A stretch of 64,000 bases of DNA from Polyangiales bacterium (GCA_038230375.1 JBBRNJ010000003.1:96001-160000), one strand, 5' to 3'; counted from the first letter of the stretch, positions 9,977 through 18,284 are shown. Numbers and translations: made by a program. Notes: generated by a model from the sequence alone, not told the origin.

Positions 9977-10385
9977 GGGAGGCCTCTCGGAGCGTGTCGA
10001 GCTCCTGCGGACTGATGTTCTTCACCACATGCGCGAACCCTTCGCGGATCGGCGTGAGCACGCGGATGACGTCGTCGATCGCCGCGGCGTCGTTCTTCAT
10101 GTTCGCATGCGTGATCCTGCCAAGGCAGTACTCGTACACGCGCGACAGGTTGTCGACGAGCTCCGGGTAGTGGGCTCTGTCCAGGTTCGCATAGAGCTCG
10201 CTCACGATCGCGTGCGCCTTCGACAGCGCCTCACCCGCTTGTCCGCGCTTCGTCGGCTGCGGCAGTGTGTGCTTGGCGACCAGCAAGAAGCGAAAGAGCC
10301 CATCGAACAGCGCGACCAGAACTTCACCCGGGTTTGCCGTCGTGATCTGAACGAGCTTGTACTGTTCCGAGGTCGAGGATTGCAC
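9963..10385 (-). CDS. fliS: Flagellar export chaperone FliS
   Basis: YK..QITTANP..L..LFDG, KA.AI.SEL...LD and NL..VYEY...IREGF pattern. Lies immediately downstream of fliD. Confidence 0.93.
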   Translation of the reverse strand: MQSSTSEQYKLVQITTANPGEVLVALFDGLFRFLLVAKHTLPQPTKRGQAGEALSKAHAIVSELYANLDRAHYPELVDNLSRVYEYCLGRITHANMKNDAAAIDDVIRVLTPIREGFAHVVKNISPQELDTLREASHAKR

Positions 10386-10412
10386 GTGCCGCCTTTGGTC
10401 TGTTTGAACGAG

Positions 10413-11750
10413 CTAGAGCTTCGAGACTTGCGCGAGGAGGCTCTGGTTCTGCGAGTAGGTCGTTTCCATCGCCGAGAACTGCGCCCGGAGTTGTGTTCGA
10501 TACTTGTCCAGACGGTCTTGCTCGCGTGTCGCCGCGTCGTCCGTTCGCTTCTTCGCCGCGGTGAACGAGGTTGTCTTGTTGGCAAGCAGACCGCCGGAGC
10601 CAGTGATGGTGGTCACCGTGTCGTTCAGGTTTGCAAGCAGGCCGCCCGTGGCCTGCGAATGCATGCGCCCGAGCAGCTTCTGGACGGACAGCGGATCCGT
10701 GGAGAACTTCGACGTGAGCTTGCTCGAGTCGAGCGCGAGTGTTCCATCGCGCTGGAGCGTGAGGCCGATGTCCGCGAGTGATGTGAGCGAGCCGCTCTGC
10801 GACGAAGTGGCCTGCATCGCGCTGGCGATCTTGCTGGCCACCGTCCGCAGCGTGGAGTCACCCGAGAGGATCGGGTTCGTGGCCTTCTGGTCGCCATACC
10901 CGGTGGCCTTGTGGATCATCCCGATCACGTCGTTGTACGCCGTCACCACCGCGTTGAGCTTTGTTACCAGGCCACCCGCGTCGCTCGCCACCGAGATGCT
11001 CACCGGCGACGCCGTGATGTCCGTGACGGTGAGCGACAGCCCGTTGACTGCACCGGTGATCTGGTTGGTCGGCCTTGTGACCGTGAAACCGTCCACCGTG
11101 AGTGAAGCGTCCGTGGCGGCTTGCACGGTGATGCCGGATGAGGGTGTCGTGCCTGTTCCGTTCAGATCCAGGGCGGTCCCCGATTCCGTGAACGTGAGCC
11201 CATTCGACGCACCCGTAGAGAGGCCGCGGATCTGGAGCCGCGACGTGGTGCCGTCGTTGAAGATGCTTGCGGAGACCTGGAGACCGGCGTCGTTGATCTT
11301 GGAGACCACGCTCTGGAGCGAGTCAGTCGCGAGCACGTTGACGGTCTTCGCGGTGCCGGTGCCCACGGCTATCGTGAACGAGCCTGCCTGGCCCAGCGCG
11401 GCCGTGTCCGACGCGAACGATGCGGAGTACGTGCGCTGTGCCGCCGCGAGCGCGTTGACCTTCACCGAGTACGCCCCGGGCTGCGCTGAGCTGGTCGTGG
11501 TCACGCCGATGCTCGTGCTGGACGAGGTCGCCGTGAAGCTTCCGTTCGCCGTCGCATCGTCGAGCGCCTTGGCCGCGGTGGCCAGCGCCGCCAGAGAAGT
11601 CCCCACGGCGGACACGGTGGTGTTCGCGTCCGCCGTCTGGGATGACTTCTTCTGGAGCTGGTTCAGCTGTCCGCTGTCGGCGGAGATGAGCTGAGTGACG
11701 ATGCTCTGGGTGTCGATGCCTGAAGCGAGGCCGCTGAGTGTGACGGGCAT
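10413..11750 (-). CDS. fliD: Flagellar filament cap protein FliD (HAP2)
   Basis: SGLASGIDT..IV.QL N-terminus; G.YSVKV..LA.AQ, DA.LTVDG, LADIGL....DGTL.LD..KL and C-terminal L..QFSAME. Confidence 0.95.
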   Translation of the reverse strand: MPVTLSGLASGIDTQSIVTQLISADSGQLNQLQKKSSQTADANTTVSAVGTSLAALATAAKALDDATANGSFTATSSSTSIGVTTTSSAQPGAYSVKVNALAAAQRTYSASFASDTAALGQAGSFTIAVGTGTAKTVNVLATDSLQSVVSKINDAGLQVSASIFNDGTTSRLQIRGLSTGASNGLTFTESGTALDLNGTGTTPSSGITVQAATDASLTVDGFTVTRPTNQITGAVNGLSLTVTDITASPVSISVASDAGGLVTKLNAVVTAYNDVIGMIHKATGYGDQKATNPILSGDSTLRTVASKIASAMQATSSQSGSLTSLADIGLTLQRDGTLALDSSKLTSKFSTDPLSVQKLLGRMHSQATGGLLANLNDTVTTITGSGGLLANKTTSFTAAKKRTDDAATREQDRLDKYRTQLRAQFSAMETTYSQNQSLLAQVSKL

Positions 11751-11808
11751 GTTCTACTGTCTCCCAATCAGAGCAACGGCCGTGCCGCGGGGATCACTGC
11801 GAGAAGGT

Positions 11809-12639
11809 TCAGCCGCGGAGCAGACCAAGGGCCAGCTGCGGCGCCTGGTTCGCTTGCGCAAGGATCGCGCTGCCAGCCTGCGAGAGGACCTGGGTGCGCG
11901 AGAGCTGGCTGGTCTCCTCTGCAACGTCGACGTCGCGGATGCGCGAGTCGGCGGCTGACAGGTTCACGCGGGCGGAGTCGATGTTCGCCGAGGTGATGGT
12001 CAGACGGTTCTGGACCGCGCCGAAGCGCGCGCGGGCCGTGGAGACCTTGGAGAGCGCGGCGTCGATGGTATCGAGCGACGCCTGCGAGGTGGCGGCAAGG
12101 CCCGAGAGCGTGGTCGTTGCCGAGACCAGCGAGGTGAGGTGGATGCCACCGAACGTGATCTGCAGGCGATCGTTCGACGTGTTGTTGATACCCACCTGGA
12201 AGTCGACCGTGCTGGACACCGCGTTGTTGATGAGCTGCTGCCCATTGAACTTGGTGGCCGTCATGATGCGCTTCACTTCGGACTGGAGCGACATGAACTC
12301 CGTCTGCAGGTAGGCGCGGTCGCTGGTCTGCAGTGAGCCGTTGGCGCCCTGGGTCGCAAGCTCGCGCATGCGCCCGAGGATGTCGGTGATGGAGCCAAGC
12401 GCGCCTTCAGCCGTCTGCGCCATGCTGGACGCGTCGTTCGCGTTGCGCTGCGCTACCGTATAGGAGCGGATCTGCATGCGCATGCTGTCCGAGATGGCGA
12501 GGCCAGCGGCGTCGTCCTTCGCGGAGTTGATGCGGTAACCGCTCGAGAGCCTGCTGAAGCTCGTCGCGAGGTTCATCTGGGTATGAGAGAGGTTGGTCTG
12601 TGCCGTGAGCGAGGCGATGTTCGAATTGATGGTGAGCAT
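11809..12639 (-). CDS. fliC: Flagellin (276 aa, minimal D0/D1 type)
   Basis: INSN..SL.AQ, RLSSGYRINSAKDDAAGLAIS, RMRELA.Q, RFGAVQNRL, SRIRDVDVAEE and QANQ.PQ.AL.LL. GGAAGGGG RBS. Confidence 0.97.
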   Translation of the reverse strand: MLTINSNIASLTAQTNLSHTQMNLATSFSRLSSGYRINSAKDDAAGLAISDSMRMQIRSYTVAQRNANDASSMAQTAEGALGSITDILGRMRELATQGANGSLQTSDRAYLQTEFMSLQSEVKRIMTATKFNGQQLINNAVSSTVDFQVGINNTSNDRLQITFGGIHLTSLVSATTTLSGLAATSQASLDTIDAALSKVSTARARFGAVQNRLTITSANIDSARVNLSAADSRIRDVDVAEETSQLSRTQVLSQAGSAILAQANQAPQLALGLLRG

Positions 12640-12753
12640 GGTCTTTCCCCTTCCTGGAGATCGCGGGGATTGGCCACCGTGGCCTTTCACCCGAGGGCGT
12701 CATTGCCCTGCAATCCCTGGAACGGAACCCACTCACCAACCATGAGAAGAAAT

Positions 12754-12867
12754 CGACAACGACAACGACTTCGACGGCACCCTCGACTTCGACAACGACC
12801 TCGACCTCGACAACGACCTCGACTTCGACAACGACTTCGACTTCGACATCGACTTCGACTTCGACCT
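12754..12867. repeat. Degenerate hexamer tandem repeat (CGACNN)x19 between the two flagellins
   Basis: Units CGACAA, CGACTT, CGACCT and CGACAT in exact 6-bp register, with one aberrant unit (CACCCT). Confidence 0.95.
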
Positions 12868-12868
12868 C

Positions 12869-12897
12869 GGTCGCCAACCGTCAGCTGGTTGGCGACC
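12869..12897 (-). terminator. 11-bp stem hairpin just downstream of the upstream flagellin (mRNA-stabilising or terminator-like)
   Basis: GGTCGCCAACC-gtcagct-GGTTGGCGACC perfect stem, 14 bp after the stop codon. No U-tract follows. Confidence 0.5.
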
Positions 12898-12911
12898 TTG
12901 CAGCGAATCCT

Positions 12912-13739
12912 TTAGCGAAGCAGCGCCAGGGCCATTTGCGGCGACTGGTTTGCCTGCGCGAGGATCGACGTGCCTGCCTGCGAGAGCACCTGGGTGCGCG
13001 AGAGCATCGCGGTCTCCGACGCCACATCGACGTCGCGGATGCGCGAGTTCGCGGCGGAGAGGTTCAGGCTCGCCGTCTGGATGTTGGACGAGGTGATTTC
13101 GAGGCGGTTCATCACGGCGCCGAAGCGGCCGCGCGTGGTGGAGACCGTCTTGAGCGCCGCGTCGATCGTGTCGAGCGCTGCCTGGGCGTTCGCCCCCACG
13201 CCGGACACGAAGGTAGCGGTGGAGACGAGCGCCGAGAGGTGCACGCCGCCGAACGTCACCGCGATGCGGTCATCGGAGGTGTTGTTGATGCCGACCTGGA
13301 AGGACACCGACGAGCTCGTCTGGGTGACCAGCTGCTGGCCGTTGAACTTGGTGGCCGTCAGGATGCGCTTGACCTCGGACTGGAGCGACTTGAACTCCGT
13401 CGCGAGATACGCGCGGTCGCTGGTCTGCAGCGAGCCGTTGGCGCCCTGGGTTGCAAGCTCGCGCATGCGGCCAAGGATGTCCGTGACCTGCCCGAGCGCG
13501 CCGTCCGCGGTCTGCGCCATACTGATGCCGTCGTTCGTGTTGCGACCGGCGACCGTGTAGCTGCGGATCTGGCTCTGCATGCTGTCCGAGATGGCGAGGC
13601 CAGCGGCGTCGTCAGCAGAGGAGTTGATGCGGTAGCCGCTCGAGAGTCGAGCGAAGCTCTTTGAGAGCGAGGCCTGGGTTGCGCTGAGGTTCTTCTGCGC
13701 CGAGAGTGACCCGACGTTCGTATTGATTGTGACAGCCAT
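12912..13739 (-). CDS. fliC: Flagellin (275 aa, minimal D0/D1 type)
   Basis: INTNVGSLSAQ, RLSSGYRINSSADDAAGLAIS, SRIRDVDVASE and QANQSPQMALALLR. AAGGAG RBS. Confidence 0.97.
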   Translation of the reverse strand: MAVTINTNVGSLSAQKNLSATQASLSKSFARLSSGYRINSSADDAAGLAISDSMQSQIRSYTVAGRNTNDGISMAQTADGALGQVTDILGRMRELATQGANGSLQTSDRAYLATEFKSLQSEVKRILTATKFNGQQLVTQTSSSVSFQVGINNTSDDRIAVTFGGVHLSALVSTATFVSGVGANAQAALDTIDAALKTVSTTRGRFGAVMNRLEITSSNIQTASLNLSAANSRIRDVDVASETAMLSRTQVLSQAGTSILAQANQSPQMALALLR

Positions 13740-13808
13740 GGACGTTCTCCTTCTTGGAGCTCACGACGCGTTGCGCGTCATGTAGAGGCGTTATGCCTCT
13801 GAAGAAGG

Positions 13809-13835
13809 TGAACGGCGGTTACGACAATGCCTTGA
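13809..13835 (-). promoter_or_regulatory. Putative sigma28 (FliA) promoter of flagellin
   Basis: Minus strand reads TCAA-N15-GCCGTTCA, versus consensus TAAA-N15-GCCGATAA. It lies about 70 bp upstream of the ATG. Confidence 0.55.
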
Positions 13836-13880
13836 CGCCTGGCCGTCAAATAGTTGCAGGCCGCACGATGGCGCTCTGGC

Positions 13881-14885
13881 TTACGCGGCGTGGCCGATCA
13901 TGTTCATCAGCTCGTCGACCGAGAGTCGCTCTGGCGCGGTGTTGCTGACGAGTGAGAAGTTCGCAGGCACCTGCTCTGCGTCGGGCCACGCGTCCTGCGG
14001 CCACCACGGATGCGCCGGCCGCACGACGTACTTGTCTCCCACGTCGAGGGTGCGCGCGGTCTCCTCCTCGCTGAGGAGCGCCTCGTGGAGCTTCTCACCG
14101 GGGCGAATCCCCACGGTCTTGATGCGGCACTCGGGCGCCATCGCGTTCGCGAGGTCCACGATGTTCATGGTCTTCAGCTTCGGAATGAACACCTCGCCGC
14201 CGCACATCTGCTCGATGCAGCCGATGACGAACTTCACGCCCTGGTCCAGCGTGAGCCAGAAGCGCGTCATGTTCGGATCCGTGACCGTGAGCTCACCGTG
14301 CTCACGCTGCTGCGCGAAGAGCGGGACCACGCTGCCGCGGCTGCCCACGACATTGCCGTAGCGCACGCATGCGAGGCGCGTAGGACCGTCGCCCCGATAG
14401 GCGTTGGCCTGCACGAAGAGCTTCTCTGCGACGAGCTTGGTCGCGCCATACAGGTTCGCCGGGTTCACGGCCTTGTCGGTGGAGAGCGCGAGCACGCGCG
14501 AAACGCCGGCGTCAAGCGCGGCGTCGATCACGTTGCGGCTGCCGTTCACGTTCGTCATGACGGCTTCGATCGGATTGTATTCGCAGGCGACGACCTGCTT
14601 GAGCGCGGCGGCATGCACCACCACGTCCACGCCCTTCATGGCGCGCGTGAGACGCTCGCGGTCGCGGATGTCGCCAATGAAGTAGCGCAGACGCGGATCG
14701 TCGAAGCCACCCACGCGCATCTCGTGCTGCTTCAGCTCGTCGCGGCTGAAGACGATGACCTTCGCGGCCTTCTGCTCGTCCAGCATGCTGCGCACGAAGA
14801 CGCGCCCGAACGAGCCCGTGGCGCCCGTGCACAGGACTGTCTTCTTGGTCCAATCGAAGGGGATGCGCGTGACCTGCTTCTTCAT
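13881..14885 (-). CDS. pseB: UDP-N-acetylglucosamine 4,6-dehydratase (inverting), PseB
   Basis: TGATGSFG, FSRDELKQ, HAAALKQV..CEYNP, LSTDKA.NP.NLYGATKL, RYGNVVGSRGSV and GIRPGEKLHE. Confidence 0.95.
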   Translation of the reverse strand: MKKQVTRIPFDWTKKTVLCTGATGSFGRVFVRSMLDEQKAAKVIVFSRDELKQHEMRVGGFDDPRLRYFIGDIRDRERLTRAMKGVDVVVHAAALKQVVACEYNPIEAVMTNVNGSRNVIDAALDAGVSRVLALSTDKAVNPANLYGATKLVAEKLFVQANAYRGDGPTRLACVRYGNVVGSRGSVVPLFAQQREHGELTVTDPNMTRFWLTLDQGVKFVIGCIEQMCGGEVFIPKLKTMNIVDLANAMAPECRIKTVGIRPGEKLHEALLSEEETARTLDVGDKYVVRPAHPWWPQDAWPDAEQVPANFSLVSNTAPERLSVDELMNMIGHAA

Positions 14886-14892
14886 TGTCGAC

Positions 14893-15567
14893 CTACTCTC
14901 CATCCTTCAGCTCTGACTTCTGCGTGCTCTTCACGGCATCGAGCGACGCGAGGGTCGCTTCGTCGATCCGATCCATCCTGTCGGCGATCACCGCGGCCGT
15001 TGGCGGCAGCGCTGGACCTGCGGTGCCCGGTCGTGCGCCGAACGTGCCAACCGGTCTGTTCGCGCCCGCAGGGAAATTCTCCCCCGAGAGCGAGTCCACG
15101 AGCCGCGTGTACGTCGCCTCGTTCCCGGTGAAGTAGCCGTGCGTCTTCAGCGCGTGCACGAACGCGTGCGAGTCACCGCGGTCCGCGGCGGACAGCGCGT
15201 CGCCAAAGCGCGTGTGCAAGAGGTGCAGGTAGTCCTTCGCGCCTTCTTCCTTGCTCTGGTAGGCGCGGAAGTTGTCCCTGATCGTGACCTCGGTCGGGCC
15301 GTCGCCCTCCTTGGTCTTGTACGCGGTCGTGAGGCCGGAGGGACCGGTGCCCTTGATGCCGCCAAAGTTGTAGTTGATCATGGCCTGCGTGCGGCCCGTT
15401 TCAAGGGCGACCTGCGCGGCCAGGATCTTGGTGGTCTTCTCGCTGGGCACGCGGCCCATCTCGGCTTCGAAGGCGTGCGAGAGCGCGTCCTTCACTGCTT
15501 GCATGCCGATCGGCGTCGCCTCGGGGGCTACGTGCTGGCTCGGCTGGGAGACGCGGGAGGAGGACAC
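14893..15567 (-). CDS. GH73 glucosaminidase/muramidase (FlgJ C-terminal-like)
   Basis: AQVALETG, YNFGGIK, FRAYQS....DY..LL and AL...GYFTG...Y motifs. Confidence 0.8.
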   Translation of the reverse strand: MSSSRVSQPSQHVAPEATPIGMQAVKDALSHAFEAEMGRVPSEKTTKILAAQVALETGRTQAMINYNFGGIKGTGPSGLTTAYKTKEGDGPTEVTIRDNFRAYQSKEEGAKDYLHLLHTRFGDALSAADRGDSHAFVHALKTHGYFTGNEATYTRLVDSLSGENFPAGANRPVGTFGARPGTAGPALPPTAAVIADRMDRIDEATLASLDAVKSTQKSELKDGE

Positions 15568-15607
15568 GTGGGGTGGTGGAGCAAGGGGCGGGCCGGGGAG
15601 AGGGGAT

Positions 15608-15643
15608 CGGGCACGGGCACGGGCACGGGCACGTTTACGGGGG
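15608..15643. repeat. Hexamer tandem repeat (CGGGCA)x4 plus 2 degenerate units
   Basis: cgggca x4, then cgttta and cggggg. G-rich flanks, in a divergent intergenic region. Confidence 0.8.
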
Positions 15644-15708
15644 GAGAGAGAGCTGCGCTCGCCAACTCGGTGACACCGGGTACGTCAATGAACGTGTAGG
15701 CTGGGTGG

Positions 15709-16533
15709 GTGAAGGGCAGCCGATTTCAGGGGTGCGTTGTTGTCACCGGGGCTTCGTCGGGGATTGGTTTGTCAATTGCTCGCGAGGTGGCGGCGCGCGC
15801 GAAGACCTTGATCTTGGTGGCTCGGCGGCGTGCTCGGCTGGATGCTCTGGCTGTGGAATTGCGTGAGAAGTACACGCAGTGCGAGGTGGTCGTGATGACT
15901 TGCGACCTTGGCGATCGGGCGGCTACCCGGGCGCTTGCTGCGGAGCTCGTTGCTCGGCCCGATGGTGTCGACGTGCTCGTGAACAATGCTGGTCTTGGCG
16001 ACATGGGCGTGTTCGAGCGCGCTTCGGAGGAGAAGACCCTGGGCATGCTCGAGGTCAACGTCGCCGCCGTGATCATCCTCACGCGCGCGCTGCTGCCCGC
16101 CATGGTCACCCGCCGGTCTGGCGGCGTGCTCTTCATCAGCTCCGGGTTCGGGCTGGGCTATCTGCCTTCTTTCTCCGCGTACGTCGGCACGAAGCACTTC
16201 ATCACCGGGATGGCGAACACATTGCGCGCGGAGCTCTCGGGCACCGGCGTCAGCATCACGCAGGTCTGCCCAGGCCCCGTCGCCACCGAGTTCGAGGAGA
16301 ACGCGGGCAATTTCACGGGCCGCAAGGTCCCGGGCTTCATCGAGATCAGCGCCGACCACTGCGCGCGCGCTGCCGTGAATGGCTTCGAATCCAACCGCGC
16401 CATCGTCATCCCCGGCCTCTTCATGAAGCTCGCAATGCTCGTGAACGGGTGGACCGCGGGGTTCATCTACCGACCCATCGCCGCTCTTCTGGGCCGGCTC
16501 GCCCGGAAGGCCCAGCTCGGAAAAGCGGAGTAG
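15709..16533 (+). CDS. Short-chain dehydrogenase/reductase (DltE-like)
   Basis: VTGASSGIG, LVNNAG, YVGTK (YxxxK) and CPGPVATEF. Confidence 0.92.
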   Translation: MKGSRFQGCVVVTGASSGIGLSIAREVAARAKTLILVARRRARLDALAVELREKYTQCEVVVMTCDLGDRAATRALAAELVARPDGVDVLVNNAGLGDMGVFERASEEKTLGMLEVNVAAVIILTRALLPAMVTRRSGGVLFISSGFGLGYLPSFSAYVGTKHFITGMANTLRAELSGTGVSITQVCPGPVATEFEENAGNFTGRKVPGFIEISADHCARAAVNGFESNRAIVIPGLFMKLAMLVNGWTAGFIYRPIAALLGRLARKAQLGKAE

Positions 16534-16575
16534 GTGTTTGAGGGATGGTGTGACCGTGGTTACAATGGTCAACAC

Positions 16576-17292
16576 ATGAGCGACGTGAAGAAGCCGACCC
16601 CGCCGCCATTCGGCATGCCCAACCCGATGCGGCCCACCATCTCATCGCGCCCGCCTCCGTCCGGGCCGACCAGCGCGCCCGTCACCATCCCGTCGCAGTC
16701 ACGGCCGCCTGGCCCCAGCGTTCCCGGCACCTCACCCTCGCGTCCGCCGCCCAGCGGTCCGACCAGCGGGGTCAGCCCGTCGCGCCCTCCCGGTTCTGGT
16801 GGAACGCATTCGCGTCCGCCCATCCCTGGGCCGCCCAAGCCCGCATCGTTGCATGAGGCACTGAAGGAGGCGCAGGCGCTCGGTGGCGGCGCCCAATCGC
16901 GTCCGCCGCCCGCGCCGGCGGCACCGCCGGGTCGCAAGTCCGTGCTGCTCGTCGACGACGACGCCAACGTCCGCGCCGAGCTCGCGAAGCTCCTCGTCGA
17001 ATTCTACGACGTGCATGAGGCGGGCGATGGCGCCAAGGCCGCGGAGATGTGCACGGTCATGTCGCCCTCGCTCATCGTGTGTGACGTCATCATGCCAAAG
17101 ATGGACGGCTTCTCGTTCGCGAAGGTGCTGCGCAGTAACCCGCGCCTGGCGAAGGTGCCGCTCGTGTTCCTCACGTCGCGCCAGAGCCCCGCCGAGGTGA
17201 TGCAGGGCCTCAGCCTGGGCGCGCGGGCGTACATCCCGAAGCCGTTCGTCGCGAAGGACGTCGTGGGCAAGATCCGAAAGATGCTGGGCTGA
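16576..17292 (+). CDS. Response regulator receiver with Pro/Ser-rich disordered N-terminus
   Basis: LLVDDD, CDVIMPKMDG, FLTS and YIPKPF receiver motifs. Six SRPP repeats in the N-terminal arm. Confidence 0.88.
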   Translation: MSDVKKPTPPPFGMPNPMRPTISSRPPPSGPTSAPVTIPSQSRPPGPSVPGTSPSRPPPSGPTSGVSPSRPPGSGGTHSRPPIPGPPKPASLHEALKEAQALGGGAQSRPPPAPAAPPGRKSVLLVDDDANVRAELAKLLVEFYDVHEAGDGAKAAEMCTVMSPSLIVCDVIMPKMDGFSFAKVLRSNPRLAKVPLVFLTSRQSPAEVMQGLSLGARAYIPKPFVAKDVVGKIRKMLG

Positions 17293-18260
17293 TGGAGTTC
17301 CGCATCGGCAAGATCCCCGTGAAGGTGCATGCCGCGTTTGCCATCACGGCGTTGCTCTTGTCGCTGTCCACCAACGACCCAGTCAAGATCGCCATCTTCG
17401 CCGCCGTGATGTTCGTTGGCGTCCTTCTCCATGAGCTCGGTCATGCCTTCACGGGCATCGCATTCGGGCTCGCGCCGCGTATCGATCTCCACGCCATGGG
17501 CGGCACCACTTCCTGGCCGGAAGGCCGGAAAATTGGCTGGGGCAAGAGCATGCTCATCAGCGCTGCGGGGCCGTTCACCGGCATCATCCTCGGCGGCGCT
17601 GCGTTCATCGCCACGCAAATGGTCGGCGCGCCGGAGAGCCCGCTCGCCGCGACCGCCATCTCCGATTTCATCTACATCAACGCTGTCTGGGGCGTGTTCA
17701 ACCTTGCGCCCATGATGCCGCTCGACGGCGGCAACATCATGCTCGCCGCGCTCCAGATGATCACCAAGGGCCGGGGCGAGAAGCCCACCCGCTACATCTC
17801 CATCGCTGTCGCCGCGGTCTGCGGCATCCTCGCATTGCGTGCATCCTACACATGGGGCGCCGTCCTCTCGGGCCTCTTCCTGTTCCGCAACGTGCAGGCG
17901 CTCCGGCAGGTGGGCCGCGCGAAGGACGAAGTGCAACACTTCGAGCGCCTGAAGGAGGGCTTTGCCGCGCTCGAGCGCAAGGAGGGCCGCCCCGCCATCA
18001 TGCAGGCGGAGCAGGTGCTCGAGAGCACGCAGGTGCCGGAGCTCCGCTTCGAGGCGCTGCGCCTGCTCGCCTACGCACGCGTGCTCGAGGGCCAGTGGGG
18101 TCCGCTCATGTCGCTGCTGGAGCGCTGCCGGCTGGAGCTCGGCCCCGCAGAGCTCGAGCGCCTGGAGCAGGCAGCCACGGAGAGCGACCGCCCAGAGGAG
18201 GCGCGCCGCATCAAGGAGCTCCGCGAGATGCCAGCCGCAGTAGCTGGCTTCCGAGCATGA
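17292..18260 (+). CDS. M50 family (site-2) metallopeptidase
   Basis: LLHELGH, AAGP and FNLAPMMPLDGG motifs; TM segments. Confidence 0.9.
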   Translation: MEFRIGKIPVKVHAAFAITALLLSLSTNDPVKIAIFAAVMFVGVLLHELGHAFTGIAFGLAPRIDLHAMGGTTSWPEGRKIGWGKSMLISAAGPFTGIILGGAAFIATQMVGAPESPLAATAISDFIYINAVWGVFNLAPMMPLDGGNIMLAALQMITKGRGEKPTRYISIAVAAVCGILALRASYTWGAVLSGLFLFRNVQALRQVGRAKDEVQHFERLKEGFAALERKEGRPAIMQAEQVLESTQVPELRFEALRLLAYARVLEGQWGPLMSLLERCRLELGPAELERLEQAATESDRPEEARRIKELREMPAAVAGFRA

Positions 18261-18284
18261 CCAAAATCCACTAGCCTCTGCCGC

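Noticed and set aside
12660..12720. c-di-GMP-I riboswitch in the flagellin leader (AGGGCAA, GACGC, CCUCGG words)
   Set aside because: It lacks the GNRA-capped P2 stem and the GCAAA junction and is too short. An Rfam cmscan would settle it.
12754..12867. CRISPR array interpretation of the repeat tracts
   Set aside because: The units are 6 bp, with no 23-47 bp repeats, no unique spacers and no cas genes.
12407..12915. ORFs with VEVEV or RLRQR runs
   Set aside because: Translations of the hexamer repeat that overlap flagellin.
8645..15567. Flagellar cluster as a recent mobile island
   Set aside because: No integrase, transposase, tRNA or flanking direct repeats were seen, and composition resembles the host.
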